This document shows positions 38,056 through 49,015 of a DNA stretch of 64,000 bases, piece by piece. The notes under the pieces are model-generated. The model made no database searches. It saw only the letters and a list, made by a program, of their open reading frames with translations, and was not told where the DNA came from. The DNA lies in assembly GCA_009103225.1 (NCBI GenBank), contig RHPI01000260.1, positions 131,156-195,155 of the forward strand, given 5' to 3'. The translations under genes were made by a program, and so were the position numbers. Position 1 is the stretch's first letter; the number at the start of each line of letters is the position of its first letter. Origin of the DNA: Chlorokybus atmophyticus. Its lineage: Eukaryota; Plantae; Mesostigma and Chlorokybus algae.

Positions 38056-38288
38056 CATGCGCTACTGGCATGTGCTGTATCGCTTAGCACCAACATAATG
38101 TATCAGAAGCGTTGGTTAGAATGTTGTTAACCACAACAACCTCAGTACTGAGATTAACATATACACAGTGCAACATGCGCTATTGGCATGTGCTGTGGCG
38201 CTTAGCACTAACATGATGTATCAGAAGCGTTGGTTAGAATTGTGTAAACCACAACAACCTCTGTACAGAGATTAATATATACACAGTG
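38056..38288. repeat. Tandem duplication, unit ~118 bp x2, diverged
   Basis: catgcgctaytggcatgtgctgt...atatacacagtg at 38056 and 38174. Confidence 0.9.
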
Positions 38289-38820
38289 ATACCATTTTGC
38301 ATTTTACATGTATACTCATTACTTCACTTTATCTCGTGATAATAATAGCTTGAGAGCATTGCGCGTCGTTCAACAGCTGCTTCCATAATGTTCAACCAAT
38401 GTCGGCAACCTTTGCCTTTAAAATGTTCATAAGATACGACTTGGTGCATAACTAGCAGCACGTTATCTGTTAAAATGTGCAAATCTTACACCCAACGCTC
38501 ATTTGGCCATCAAATCTGACTACCGCTTGAAGTGTTGTGCAAGCTCACAGTATGTGTCATTAATGCCTTGTGTTATTTGTTTTAATACTTGTCCGTAAGC
38601 TCCAGCTTGTTTTTGTGCTAGTAAATCAAATATAATACAATCTCATAGCGTCATACGGATCACATGTAGACCACGTTATTTATGTTCACTTTTTCGTGCT
38701 GCAAGTGTGACGCTTAATCACACACAACCGTATTTGTACTCAGTTCAACGACGACAAGTGATCTTATCAAGTCATGTGCACGTGACAATGCCCGCTTCTG
38801 TATTCCGCAACGACCGCATA

Positions 38821-39690
38821 CCGTATTTATGCGAGCCGGACCCCCNNNNNNNNNNNNNNNNNNNNNNNNNNNNNNNNNNNNNNNNNNNNNNNNNNNNNNN
38901 NNNNNNNNNNNNNNNNNNNNNNNNNNNNNNNNNNNNNNNNNNNNNNNNNNNNNNNNNNNNNNNNNNNNNNNNNNNNNNNNNNNNNNNNNNNNNNNNNNNN
39001 NNNNNNNNNNNNNNNNNNNNNNNNNNNNNNNNNNNNNNNNNNNNNNNNNNNNNNNNNNNNNNNNNNNNNNNNNNNNNNNNNNNNNNNNNNNNNNNNNNNN
39101 NNNNNNNNNNNNNNNNNNNNNNNNNNNNNNNNNNNNNNNNNNNNNNNNNNNNNNNNNNNNNNNNNNNNNNNNNNNNNNNNNNNNNNNNNNNNNNNNNNNN
39201 NNNNNNNNNNNNNNNNNNNNNNNNNNNNNNNNNNNNNNNNNNNNNNNNNNNNNNNNNNNNNNNNNNNNNNNNNNNNNNNNNNNNNNNNNNNNNNNNNNNN
39301 NNNNNNNNNNNNNNNNNNNNNNNNNNNNNNNNNNNNNNNNNNNNNNNNNNNNNNNNNNNNNNNNNNNNNNNNNNNNNNNNNNNNNNNNNNNNNNNNNNNN
39401 NNNNNNNNNNNNNNNNNNNNNNNNNNNNNNNNNNNNNNNNNNNNNNNNNNNNNNNNNNNNNNNNNNNNNNNNNNNNNNNNNNNNNNNNNNNNNNNNNNNN
39501 NNNNNNNNNNNNNNNNNNNNNNNNNNNNNNNNNNNNNNNNNNNNNNNNNNNNNNNNNNNNNNNNNNNNNNNNNNNNNNNNNNNNNNNNNNNNNNNNNNNN
39601 NNNNNNNNNNNNNNNNNNNNNNNNNNNNNNNNNNNNNNNNNNNNNNNNNNNNNNGGGGTGGGGGGGAGGGGGGGGATCGCATAAATACGG
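38821..39690. mobile_element. Tc1/mariner-pogo (Tc2-like) MITE or non-autonomous element; interior is an N gap
   Basis: Perfect 14 bp TIR ccgtatttatgcga / tcgcataaatacgg with TA on both sides; CCGTA termini are known for Tc2/pogo-type elements. Confidence 0.75.
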
Positions 39691-39909
39691 TAAGCTATGG
39701 CAGTGAAAGTCGTTGTCATAGGAGGAGGCACATGCCATTGATACATGTTCCATAACCACGTACAAAACATCAAGTTACTATCACGTCACGTTTTATTGTG
39801 CATTATATGTCATGTACATCGCCTTAAAAGAGCAGTCATATATATAATGTGCAATGCATCTTATGAAGTCTCTTATATTGTCTGAGATGCGTTACATAAA
39901 TTAAAATAT

Positions 39910-41840
39910 GTCATGCCATGACGTTGTGCTTGTAGCTGTCGTGTAGGTCCTACACGCACTAGCGGCTAGTGCTCGGTAACCACCCTCTGTGTGGTCTGTG
40001 ACATGAGAGAGAAGGCTCAGTGTGAAACTAGTGCTCCCTTCTCCGTGGAGATGTAACTCACTCTGTGCTGGTGACGTGGTCGTGCCTCAAAGGTGAAAAG
40101 TGAATCTTGCCCAGTACAGCTCGCTCCCCTATAAGCCACAACACTAGGGTGATGTGAGATGTATGGAGGTGTAATTGTCAATGATTATCCTACTGATAGG
40201 TGTTTGGATTCAAGATGTGGACACACCAATGCATACGCATGCATACAGAATATAGTGATCCCGTGAATGAGCACAAACGGGATCACTCAGAGTTGGTGCT
40301 AAGTCACTTCCAATGCTCTCTGTGTGCACATTGCAAAGATATCATAAGCATGCACTGCACAGTACCGTACAAGTTGGTGGTGTGGACAAAGCGGGACTGA
40401 TCTTTAGTGATGTGACACCAACATGCTCACACCGTCACACTCACACCCTTTAAGCAGAACAAGTGCTAGCAATTACAATAGCGCGATTGCAAGGAGTTAC
40501 ACCAAAAAGTATACACACCAAGGAAAGGTATCGCTCGCAAAAAGATGAAATTGCATTACCACCCTGACTAGTTGAGAACGCTAGCTCGGTACTTCTACCA
40601 CTGTTCAGGTACAACAACTGTATCTGTCGTACATGTTCGTCTCGTCACATCCGGTTCGCTGACTAGCGCGCGCGCAGGCATCTCTTGAGCCTTTGAAGAT
40701 GTCAATGATGACAGGGGCTGATCTAGGTGTGGATCCGGTTTGAGTTCTGCCTCTCTATAGCTGAGGTGGCAATCTTAAGGCAATGCTGCCTTGGTTGCAT
40801 GCACATAGTTGTGCATGATGGCGGCGCCAGCAATGCGAAGATGCCCGAGCGCTATGCGTGGCCAAGAACGCCCGATGCAGATACTGCTATGAGCGTGGGT
40901 CTCATTGCCAGCGTGGCAGGGGTGGACCCTTTGTGTCGGGATGTCCCTGTGAGGTGTGGGCCATCGAGTATGCTCCCCCCATACCTCTGTACTGAACACC
41001 TGTCCGTAGACATGGTCGACAGGTGCACCAACGCTACCACCATGGTGTGCGGGGCGAGTGAGTGGGCCCCATCTGACAACCCATAATTATGGTCTGAGTG
41101 AGCGGGGCGGTGCAACGTGGTACCCTGTGCAGAAGACACCTCCTCCCAAGATGCATAAAGCACAATGGGGCTGAGGTGTGCGCCCAAGGTGGGGCTGCTC
41201 GTCTTGTGGCCCACTGCCGGACAAGCTGAGCCCGTGTGTGGCGACGTGCATTGGAATCCCTCCCATCAGTTGCTCCTTAGGATCAAGAAGGGGACTACGG
41301 CATGTGTGTGGTAGAGTAGAGGCTAACAACACACCCCTCTCTGTACACCTGTGGTATACTTGTATAAAATCTTTTCAACACAATGTATATGTCGTGCAGC
41401 CCCTATGTATGCTGGTGTAAGGCTGTTCCTCTGCATGGTGCACAGCTATATAGGTTTTCGGGTTGTATGCACAGCGCATCCTCGCATTGTACATTCAGAG
41501 CTGCTAAATGCATAAGGCACACTTCACTCGTATAAAGTAGCTCCCTCTTATATGTATAAAGTAACATAGGCCTCCTGGTTGTGTGCTTAGTGCGACCTTG
41601 CATGTGTGTTGAGTGCGCATGGCAACAAGTGCTCATGGCATGACATCTGTCGTGCTTGTAGCTGTCGTATAGGCTAGTGCTTTGTAACCATCCTCAGTGT
41701 GGTCTGTGACTTGCCCTTTGTGAGCTGAATGAGAACTGGTGCTCCCTTTTCATTGGAGATGTAACTTACTGCGTGCTGATGACCTGATCGTGCCTCGAGG
41801 GTGCAAATAAAAGTTGACAAGAACAGCGAGCTCCCCTACC
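39910..41840. repeat. Pair of diverged ~220 bp direct repeats (~39910-40130 and ~41635-41840), possible LTR remnants
   Basis: Shared catg(c/g)catgac..gtgcttgtagctgtcgt..gtggtctgtgac..gtgctccctt..ggagatgtaac..tcgtgcctc..ctcccct. Confidence 0.6.
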
Positions 41841-41899
41841 CGCTTCAGTTAGCTCCTTACTCGCATGAGTGGATCAACTGCATCTGGCAAGCCTCGCAC

Positions 41900-42870
41900 T
41901 GCGGCATGACATCTAGTCTCCCTTGGGAACTTTGCTCAATGGTGGTGACAGGCATTATATGTGCCAACCGGCTACACATCTGTCACACAGCAGCATGCTT
42001 GCTTGTCCATCGGCGCGTGCGCAGCTTTGCATCTGTGGCTGGCATTAGGAACAGCTGTTTTGGGTCCCCATCAATGTTGAGTAGATGACACAGGGCGCCG
42101 TTTTTCATCTGCTGCGTGCACATCCTGGCAATGCAGCCCTCCAGTAGAAGCACGCCGTTGTTGCGCACCTCCTTGACTTTGAAAATCATATTGCTGGCAC
42201 TCAGTGGACACTAGTAGTGTCCAGTGTGTTCTGAGTTTGTCAATGTAGGTAGACATAGTCTCCTGTGCTGTGCAATGACTAAGTCATCCATTGTAACGGG
42301 CATAACACGTTTGAACAGCTTAGCCCTAATGGTGAGCTTCTTGACTCTTTTCATCTTGTAATTCCACAACAGCCACTGGGCGTTCTCATAGAAGCTGACA
42401 GCTGTGGGTGACGGCCATATAGCTGAAAAATATGGACTGCATGCCCTCAAGGCAGCCTATTGACTGAACCTGTCACCCATCATGATCCGTGGCAACTGAA
42501 TGTCCCAGTTGCTCTGGTCATGACTGCGGCAAAACTTGCGCGGTCCTCCCTTCACAGTGCGTACTATTCTCTCAATGAGACCATCCGCTTAGGGATGGTT
42601 ACGCTGCGTACGGCGGCAGTTGATGAAGCAGTCATGTAGCACGTCGTCATACTTGCCCCTAAACTCATTGCCCCGATCTGCGAGCACATCTGCGCACCCG
42701 CCAAATTTCTTTGATACAAGGTTTATAGAGGCCTCCGTTATGGTGTTACTTTCCTTGTTCACAAATGGGGTCACCTCCACCCACTTGTTGAAATGTTCAA
42801 CCATAATTAAGATGTAGCGATGACCTCGACTATGCTAAACAGGAAACCTGTCCAGCACCTAGCCACCCTT
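41900..42870 (-). mobile_element. Ty3/Gypsy integrase core, C-terminal domain and PHD finger (decayed)
   Basis: RGHRYILIMVEHFNKWVEV...VLADRGNEF...HP*ADGLIERIVRTVK (rve); KVKEVRNNGVLLLEG; MLLCDRCVAGWHI*CLSPPLSKVPKGD* (PHD). Confidence 0.88.
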
Positions 42871-43157
42871 TACAGGGGTCTTTCGAGGTCTGATTATGAC
42901 ATGTCGCAATTGGGCCAGACCAAATATGATCAGATTCTATGACTGGTGCAAGACCACCGGGTAATCTGGTGCGCACCTGTCATGTCTTGTCATACCTACC
43001 CAAGTCTGTTGCAAAAGTTCACATTTCCCAACCAACTTTGCAGAGAACCTAGCATGGCTGCCGGGCACCTAGTTAACTGCTAGGTGACCAATGAGTCCCT
43101 ACCAGACTTCAACTATAAGTAGACATCATCAAGAACACTAGTTCATGCTAGACCATT

Positions 43158-43225
43158 TGTCACAGCCTGGCAAGCTGCAACCTAGCGCACGAATGGGCTA
43201 GGTTGCAGCTTGCCAGGCTGTGACA
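43158..43225. repeat. Perfect inverted repeat, 29 bp stem, 10 nt loop
   Basis: tgtcacagcctggcaagctgcaacctagc-gcacgaatgg-gctaggttgcagcttgccaggctgtgaca. Confidence 0.97.
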
Positions 43226-44499
43226 GAAGCCATGTCACCTCAACGGCAAGCCACTGCAAAATAGCTATGTTTATAATTACATATGCATGTGTGTCGCCAT
43301 GTGCACTACCATGAGAGCCATTCCATCAAGTCACCGTACATAACTATATAGCTGCACATCACATATGTACACACACTGTCACAGCTTCTAGAAGGTCGTG
43401 TACACACACAGCTCGTTGAGCATAACTAACTGGTCTTTTATTATACAACCATTTATGCTGTTTGCCCGAATAGGTGCGCTAGCTCGAGGTCCTGTTTCTC
43501 GTCGATGCACCGCTGCAGGAAAATGTCCACGTGCGCTGTCTGCTTGGAGCGTGGTACTCTCGATCAACAGTTTCGTTCAGCGTGTCGCATGCCTCGTGCT
43601 TTTGCGCTTGGCGGATTTTGGTAGACTGTCCCGCGCACTTGCCTTGTCAGCCCTCTGCGAGCTACAGATGGATATGGAGATTGTCATGGCTTAATGCTAA
43701 TCACCATGCAGTGCGGACAGATTAGCTACATACCTATGCACCGCGCTTGGCGGGCAAAGGGCGAGCTTTCTTGGGTTGCTTGTTAGTCGACGTGGTCGCC
43801 TCCTCGTTGAACCGCTCCCGTGCGCCTTTGCCAAGTGCAGAGACTTTCTTGTCTTGAGTGGGGTTCTTGATGGCCGGAGCGACGAGCCTTTCTGCGTCAT
43901 TACTCGGCAGGTATGCGTCCTCATGAACAGTATCATTCATGAACTCAATGGTACCTCATCTTTCTCGTTGTCGCTCTCGCTTCATTCAACACACCCAATC
44001 TTAGCGTCAACGAACGCTCGTGCGCCCTAAGCACTTTGCGTGTGCAAACGCTGAGGTGCCTTCCGGCTGTGAGGCAACCACGTAAGCATGCAAGCGTTTA
44101 TAGGATGCACAATGTCGCAAAGACTTGAGCTTGACTGTGCATGCTCACCCATTGCGTTGTAGAGCAGCTTGTGGTGGTGGGAGTGAAGCAAGTTGCATTT
44201 GCATGGCTCGATGCTCCGCTGCACTGCACTCATTCGCATTGAAAATGGCCTCCATCTTCGCCCACTTGGGGTCGCAGGCCATCCTCAGCAGCTTAGGATC
44301 TACGTTGCTTGGCTTAACGTGCCACGTGCCAGCATCATTCATTTTGTCGTGTAGCTGTTGACATTAGGACAGTCTAGAACGGTCTATACCGGCTTGGGAC
44401 TGGTCTAGGCCTTAGTTAAAAACTGTTCAGTCAGCTTGTTGTATAATTGTGCTGTTAACAACTGCTGGTGCTGGTTGAAGTCGGGCTTGAGACTAGGCA

Positions 44500-44965
44500 C
44501 ATGAGTTAGCAGTTTGTTAAGGTCGGACTGGCCTAGAACGCACAGCATCATTGAGGTTTGCATAAGTGCGAAGGCACTCATAACATTCCAAAAAATGAAG
44601 GGTTTTGCAGCGGCCCGCAGCTTGTTGCGCATAGGCAGGCAAAAGGTCACTGTGCTCCTTGCTGTGCTTGCGTGAAACGCGAGGTGCTGCGTGGTGGGGA
44701 CCACCGTTAAGTACGCCTAGCAGGGTGGGCTGGCCCACACATCATCGTAGGGCGAAAGATCAGCTTGCATAACGTCCTCCACAATCCAAGGGAATTCCTC
44801 CTGCCGGATTATGTCGATCCCCACCACATCGAACTGAGCACGCCACGGCCTCATGCCGGCACCGCCACCTCCGTAAAACATATCTAGTGCCATTAGACGC
44901 GACTTCACTCCGCAAGCCGCAACTGGCATCCGAGCCATGAGCATGGGGCGGTCAAGGTTGCGCAA
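44500..44965 (-). pseudogene. Decayed C5-cytosine DNA methyltransferase, compact phage/virus type
   Basis: ALDMFYGGGGAGM (motif I, DxFxGxGG), FDVVGIDI (motif II), DDVWASPPC*AY (motif IV, PPCQ with CAG>TAG), then KLRAAAKPFIFWNV (motif VI ENV equivalent) and SMMLC; intronless. Confidence 0.8.
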
Positions 44966-45055
44966 CCTCTGCAGTCCTTAAGGGGGATCCACCTTGCGTT
45001 TTACCTGGTGCTGGCCCACACGCAACAGCATATGTAAATGCTATCATTAAATGCC

Positions 45056-45095
45056 GCGACATTGTGGTATTTCAGCTGAAATACCACAATGTCGC
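45056..45095. repeat. Perfect 40 bp palindrome with no spacer
   Basis: gcgacattgtggtatttcag|ctgaaataccacaatgtcgc. Confidence 0.98.
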
Positions 45096-45449
45096 CCTGC
45101 AGGCATATAGTCTGCACGTTACCATTATCGAAATGTATGGTGTGCATTGCTATCAACCATGTAGTTCACTTTCACCATGTCAATAGGCAGCATGTGCAGC
45201 ATGCACATGCCAGATCCGCACGTGCTCTGATGTAACCTAGCCATGTAGCTGCGAGCTTATACTTATTGTGCACGTGTATAATGCCGCGGTACCGCTCCAT
45301 GTCCATCGGCCAGTACACCAGCACGGGACATCCCACCCAACTTTAAGCACCAGCAGACACATGATACCGCAGCTCGTTTAGATTAGTTGATTCTTCAAGT
45401 AACAATGTGGCAGATTCAAAGTTCACTCCTCGCCCGCAACGAGGCAACT

Positions 45450-45975
45450 TGTCACAACCCACTCGACCACAAAAGACTTGATGCTTTTATAGTCGATTTG
45501 TGGTAATTTAATGTACCTTCCCGTTACATTCCCCCCCACTTAAGAACGCTGGCGTCCTCGGCAGCTGGCGCCCATCAGCTGGGAAATCTTCGCAGGGGTC
45601 TGATTTAAAGTCGGTCACCGGCCCCACCACCCAAGGACCGGCCAATTTTGGCCCATACCGGTCAACGCGCGCATAGCGCACCGCTGCCGGCCCCACAGGT
45701 CGCATCGCGACAGCCAGGTCGCGTTCTGCCGCGCCGACTGAACCGGTCAGTCCGACACGACTGCCATTAGGCAAGTCGCGACCTATCGACGATGGCACTT
45801 ATGAAGTTACCATTTACGATGTTGTTGGATCGAGAAACAACGATCGCGGAATTCGTGTGCAAGGCAGGAATCAAACCTGGGTCTCAAGCTCCGATGACAA
45901 ATGTCACAACCCACTCGACCACAAAAGACTTGATGCTTTTATTGTCGATTTGTGGTAATGTACCTTCCCGTTACA
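45450..45975 (-). mobile_element. TRIM-1 (terminal-repeat retrotransposon in miniature), 526 bp
   Basis: LTRs 45450-45528 and 45902-45975 (TG..CA, nearly identical); perfect TSD CAACT; minus-strand PBS-like tgtcatcggagc and PPT aagtgggggggaa. Confidence 0.88.
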
Positions 45976-46014
45976 CAACTGGTGCTACCATATTGAACAT
46001 GTTTATATACAGCT

Positions 46015-46481
46015 TGTCACGATTTGAGATAAATTGTGACAGACCTCACTCATGGTAGCGTCATTTTGCTACCATAGCTTAGAGTTGGAGCCCACTTGTT
46101 ACAATGGTAACGGAGCTTGATGTCTTAGGTTCAATTTCCGTAGGGGATTAAGGCAGATTCAAAGGAAAAAACAATTTGGGGCGGCTTGCCCTAGGTTGGG
46201 CGCAGGTTCGCAACCTGCACGCCGAGCCAGTTTAACCTATGGCCGCATGGTAGGTCGCGCCGTGATGCTGGCCAAATCCAAAAGGCTACAGGCGGACCGG
46301 TTGTGGTACGGCCGTGACCACGGCAACGTGGGCTAGTAAGTGTTTCATTGGATAATGAGGAACCCGTGGGTTAAGTTAGGGAGGAATGTCATAATTTGGG
46401 ATGAATTGTAACAGACCGCACTCATGGTAGCGGTATTTGCTATTATAGCTTAGTGGTCGGAGCCCACTTCAAGTTGTTACA
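46015..46481 (+). mobile_element. TRIM-2, 467 bp
   Basis: LTRs 46015-46103 and 46387-46481 (TG..CA); perfect TSD CAGCT; PBS tggtaacggagc at 46105 (tRNA-iMet-like TGGTATCAGAGC); PPT agggaggaa directly before the 3' LTR. Confidence 0.9.
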
Positions 46482-46489
46482 CAGCTAAG

Positions 46490-47050
46490 CAGCAGAATAG
46501 TGCATGTGATATGAGGATACCTTTGCAAATTGTTGTGGTTAATGTTGAAAGGCCGTACTTGATTGAGTATAAGGCATGTATGGTAGTGGTCGACCACACC
46601 ACTCAAATGCTGATGTGTTGCAGCTGCTGCAAGTGTACTAATTAAAGAAGACCTTTGGTGATGTGCACTTGCAATTGTATGCTCTCCGACAGTCAAAAAC
46701 ATGCCACCCTTCAGCCTGGTGATGCCAGCAAGATAATGTGAAGCCATACAAAATCTTCAATGTCGTGCACAAGCGCTCATGTTGTTGCCATTATGCACAT
46801 CAATATGGCACGCAGTGCACATGAGTGGTCGTCGGCCGTCTAGCGTGGCCGCCGTAAATAGCCAAGAGGGCATCTGCTCACTTGTTTTTGGGTTTTGCTC
46901 CCTTTATTGGGGTGGCGAGCACTCATAAAGCACGATACGAACTAAGGCACAAAACGGTCATTGAGGCACCAGCATAGCAGTTCATTGGAGTCACCCAAGT
47001 TAAAAGTGTTTGTGTGAACTTCAGGTGCACCGCTGGGCTACCCAACGATA
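46490..47050 (-). mobile_element. Highly decayed Gypsy pol segment (RNase H end, linker, integrase zinc finger)
   Basis: NK*ADAL (typical N..ADALSR linker) near 46870 and VVDHYHTCLILNQVRPFN resembling V..C..CDRVRASFN of algal Gypsy integrases; weak. Confidence 0.45.
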
Positions 47051-48009
47051 CACCAATGCTATCTCCTATCATCTAGCACCATGCAATGGCTGTGCTGCAC
47101 GTGTTGGCGACGATCATCTTCAGAGTGAACGTTCTTGTTAAAGTATGCCAAAGATGCTGAATCTGCTTGTGCTGCGGCAGATGGATGACACGAATCAACT
47201 TATATTAAGATGTGCCTGGGCTGCTTGCAAAGCTTGAAGCAGCGAATACCCTTGTGGTCGGGTATTATTGAGAGCGTTGTTCAGCGTCTCGTTCAGTGGA
47301 CGCTCCAGCTAAATGATGAACTGTTGAGAGTATTCCTACATACGATCAGCATCGACCCCTCGACACTAGAGTAGAACACTTTATAAGGCGGAGCACGTGG
47401 ACTTTGGACTTGGCAAGACATCGCTCAGCCAGAGTCCGGACTTCAGACTAGGCGCCTAAAAGATACTTTGTATCTCAGTGTATACTAAGCCTTGGAGAGC
47501 GTACAAGAGCTTGTTGGTTAGCTCTGGTTGTAAGAAAGACAGTGCAGCTTACAGCGCTGCAAAAGGCTGAGTGAAGCTTACATAGTGCTCGCAAATGTAG
47601 ACGCGTATATAACTGGCTGATGTAAGAGCCAGCGGACAACTTGCAATCATCTATGATAGAAGAATGTGATGACTTGTGTATGCTCTGGTGGTGGTAGCTC
47701 TGTTCGTGTATATCTATGCTTGTCCTAGCTACATGTGCATGCTAGTCCTTCAACAGGTTATGAGCCCACACTACGCTCAAGGGGTGTGAGACCGGAGCAC
47801 TATTAGTTCTACATTTACGGTAGCTTGTGCGTAGCAGAGCCTTGCGTGTCAACTGCAGAAGGCAGGAGCGACAAAGATGGAGGCGATCTACGAGATGGGA
47901 CAGATTGCAAAGCTGAACATCAACAATTATAGTGTATGGTGTGCGGAGATGAAGGCCTTGCCCATCTAAAGGAAGATGTGAAAGTACGTTGATCCGAAGG
48001 CACCACCAC

Positions 48010-49015
48010 CGTAACAATACCACTCACTTACTTGCTGTACGGCTTGGTAAACTTATGCACAAGCACAAGGACTTACTGCCGGAAGTCCGACCATCAACAC
48101 ACCGTGCAGTACCTTGAAGGGAAAGTCACAGCACCGCACCAAGGAAGGAGAGGATGCCACCAACCTCTCTACTCAGCTCCCACACACATGCACACTCAAG
48201 CACACCCCACACACATGTGCAGAGCTGCCACAAGCATCACACCCCACATGGGATGAAAGGGAGAGCCCCTTAAACAACTAAACTAAGGCACCCCACACAC
48301 AAGAGTCGAGTATGCACATGCTCAGCCCCTTTAACACTTGTTGAGACCGTTTATATACCCCCTCTTTGCTGCTCTCCGACCTAGAACATCCAAGTCCAAG
48401 GCTACTTGCCTTGTCATGGCTGCGTTGACCACAACTCATATCTAGGGCTGCCACATCAGTCCTTGGACCTATTGTTTAATGTCAAAAACTGATCACACAT
48501 CAGCCTCGGACATTGTGGACGTCCGACGAGTCGTTGGCTGGTCACATCAGCCTTGGACATCACAAACATCACCCTTGGGCAATGCGAACGTCCTCGGCTG
48601 GTCATATCAGCCTAGGACATCACACACATGCATACATATGCATCCCCATGCATACATATGCGCGCATATGCACACATATGCGCGTGCATGCATACGCATG
48701 CATGAGTCTGGTACGTACCTCATATCCTCACATATGCACTCATATGCGGACATATGCACATGCAAACATATGCACACACATGCGGACACATGGCTCACAT
48801 GGCCATGTTTCAGTGTTACCGACCAGCTCTGTGCTTGCTGATATGCAATACCTTGTAATCTATCTCACTCAAGGCCTCATAGGCTCAAGAGCAGACCACG
48901 TGAGAGCCACCCCACAAGCACTACACATGCTTATGACATGGAAAACGCACCCGGTCTCATCTTACTTACAAGTAAGGAACAGATAATGACTTTAGCCAGC
49001 CTTATAGGCGTGACA
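48010..49015. mobile_element. Solo LTR (~1 kb) inserted in the Copia gag
   Basis: Perfect TSD ACCAC (48005-48009, 49016-49020); removing it restores gag YVDPKAPPPLPGANTVWSKH; homologous to 19236-20154; contains ggctggtcayatcagcc repeats and a CATATG-rich tract. Confidence 0.85.

Noticed and set aside
38707-39773. ORFs of 300+ aa across 38.7-39.8 kb, and similar ones at 11.1, 27.0 and 32.1 kb
   Set aside because: Artefacts of translating N runs.
43400-45449. Methyltransferase as an in-frame domain of the Gypsy pol polyprotein
   Set aside because: It appears to interrupt the integrase between zinc finger and core and is separated from both by non-pol sequence; treated as a nested insert, though the zinc-finger call is weak.
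45508-45798. 96 aa ORF inside TRIM-1
   Set aside because: No recognisable domain; lies in the short non-coding interior of a TRIM.
45850-45900. tRNA gene (T-loop-like ggtttgattcc), also near 46200
   Set aside because: No cloverleaf, D-arm or anticodon arm; better explained as PBS-associated sequence.
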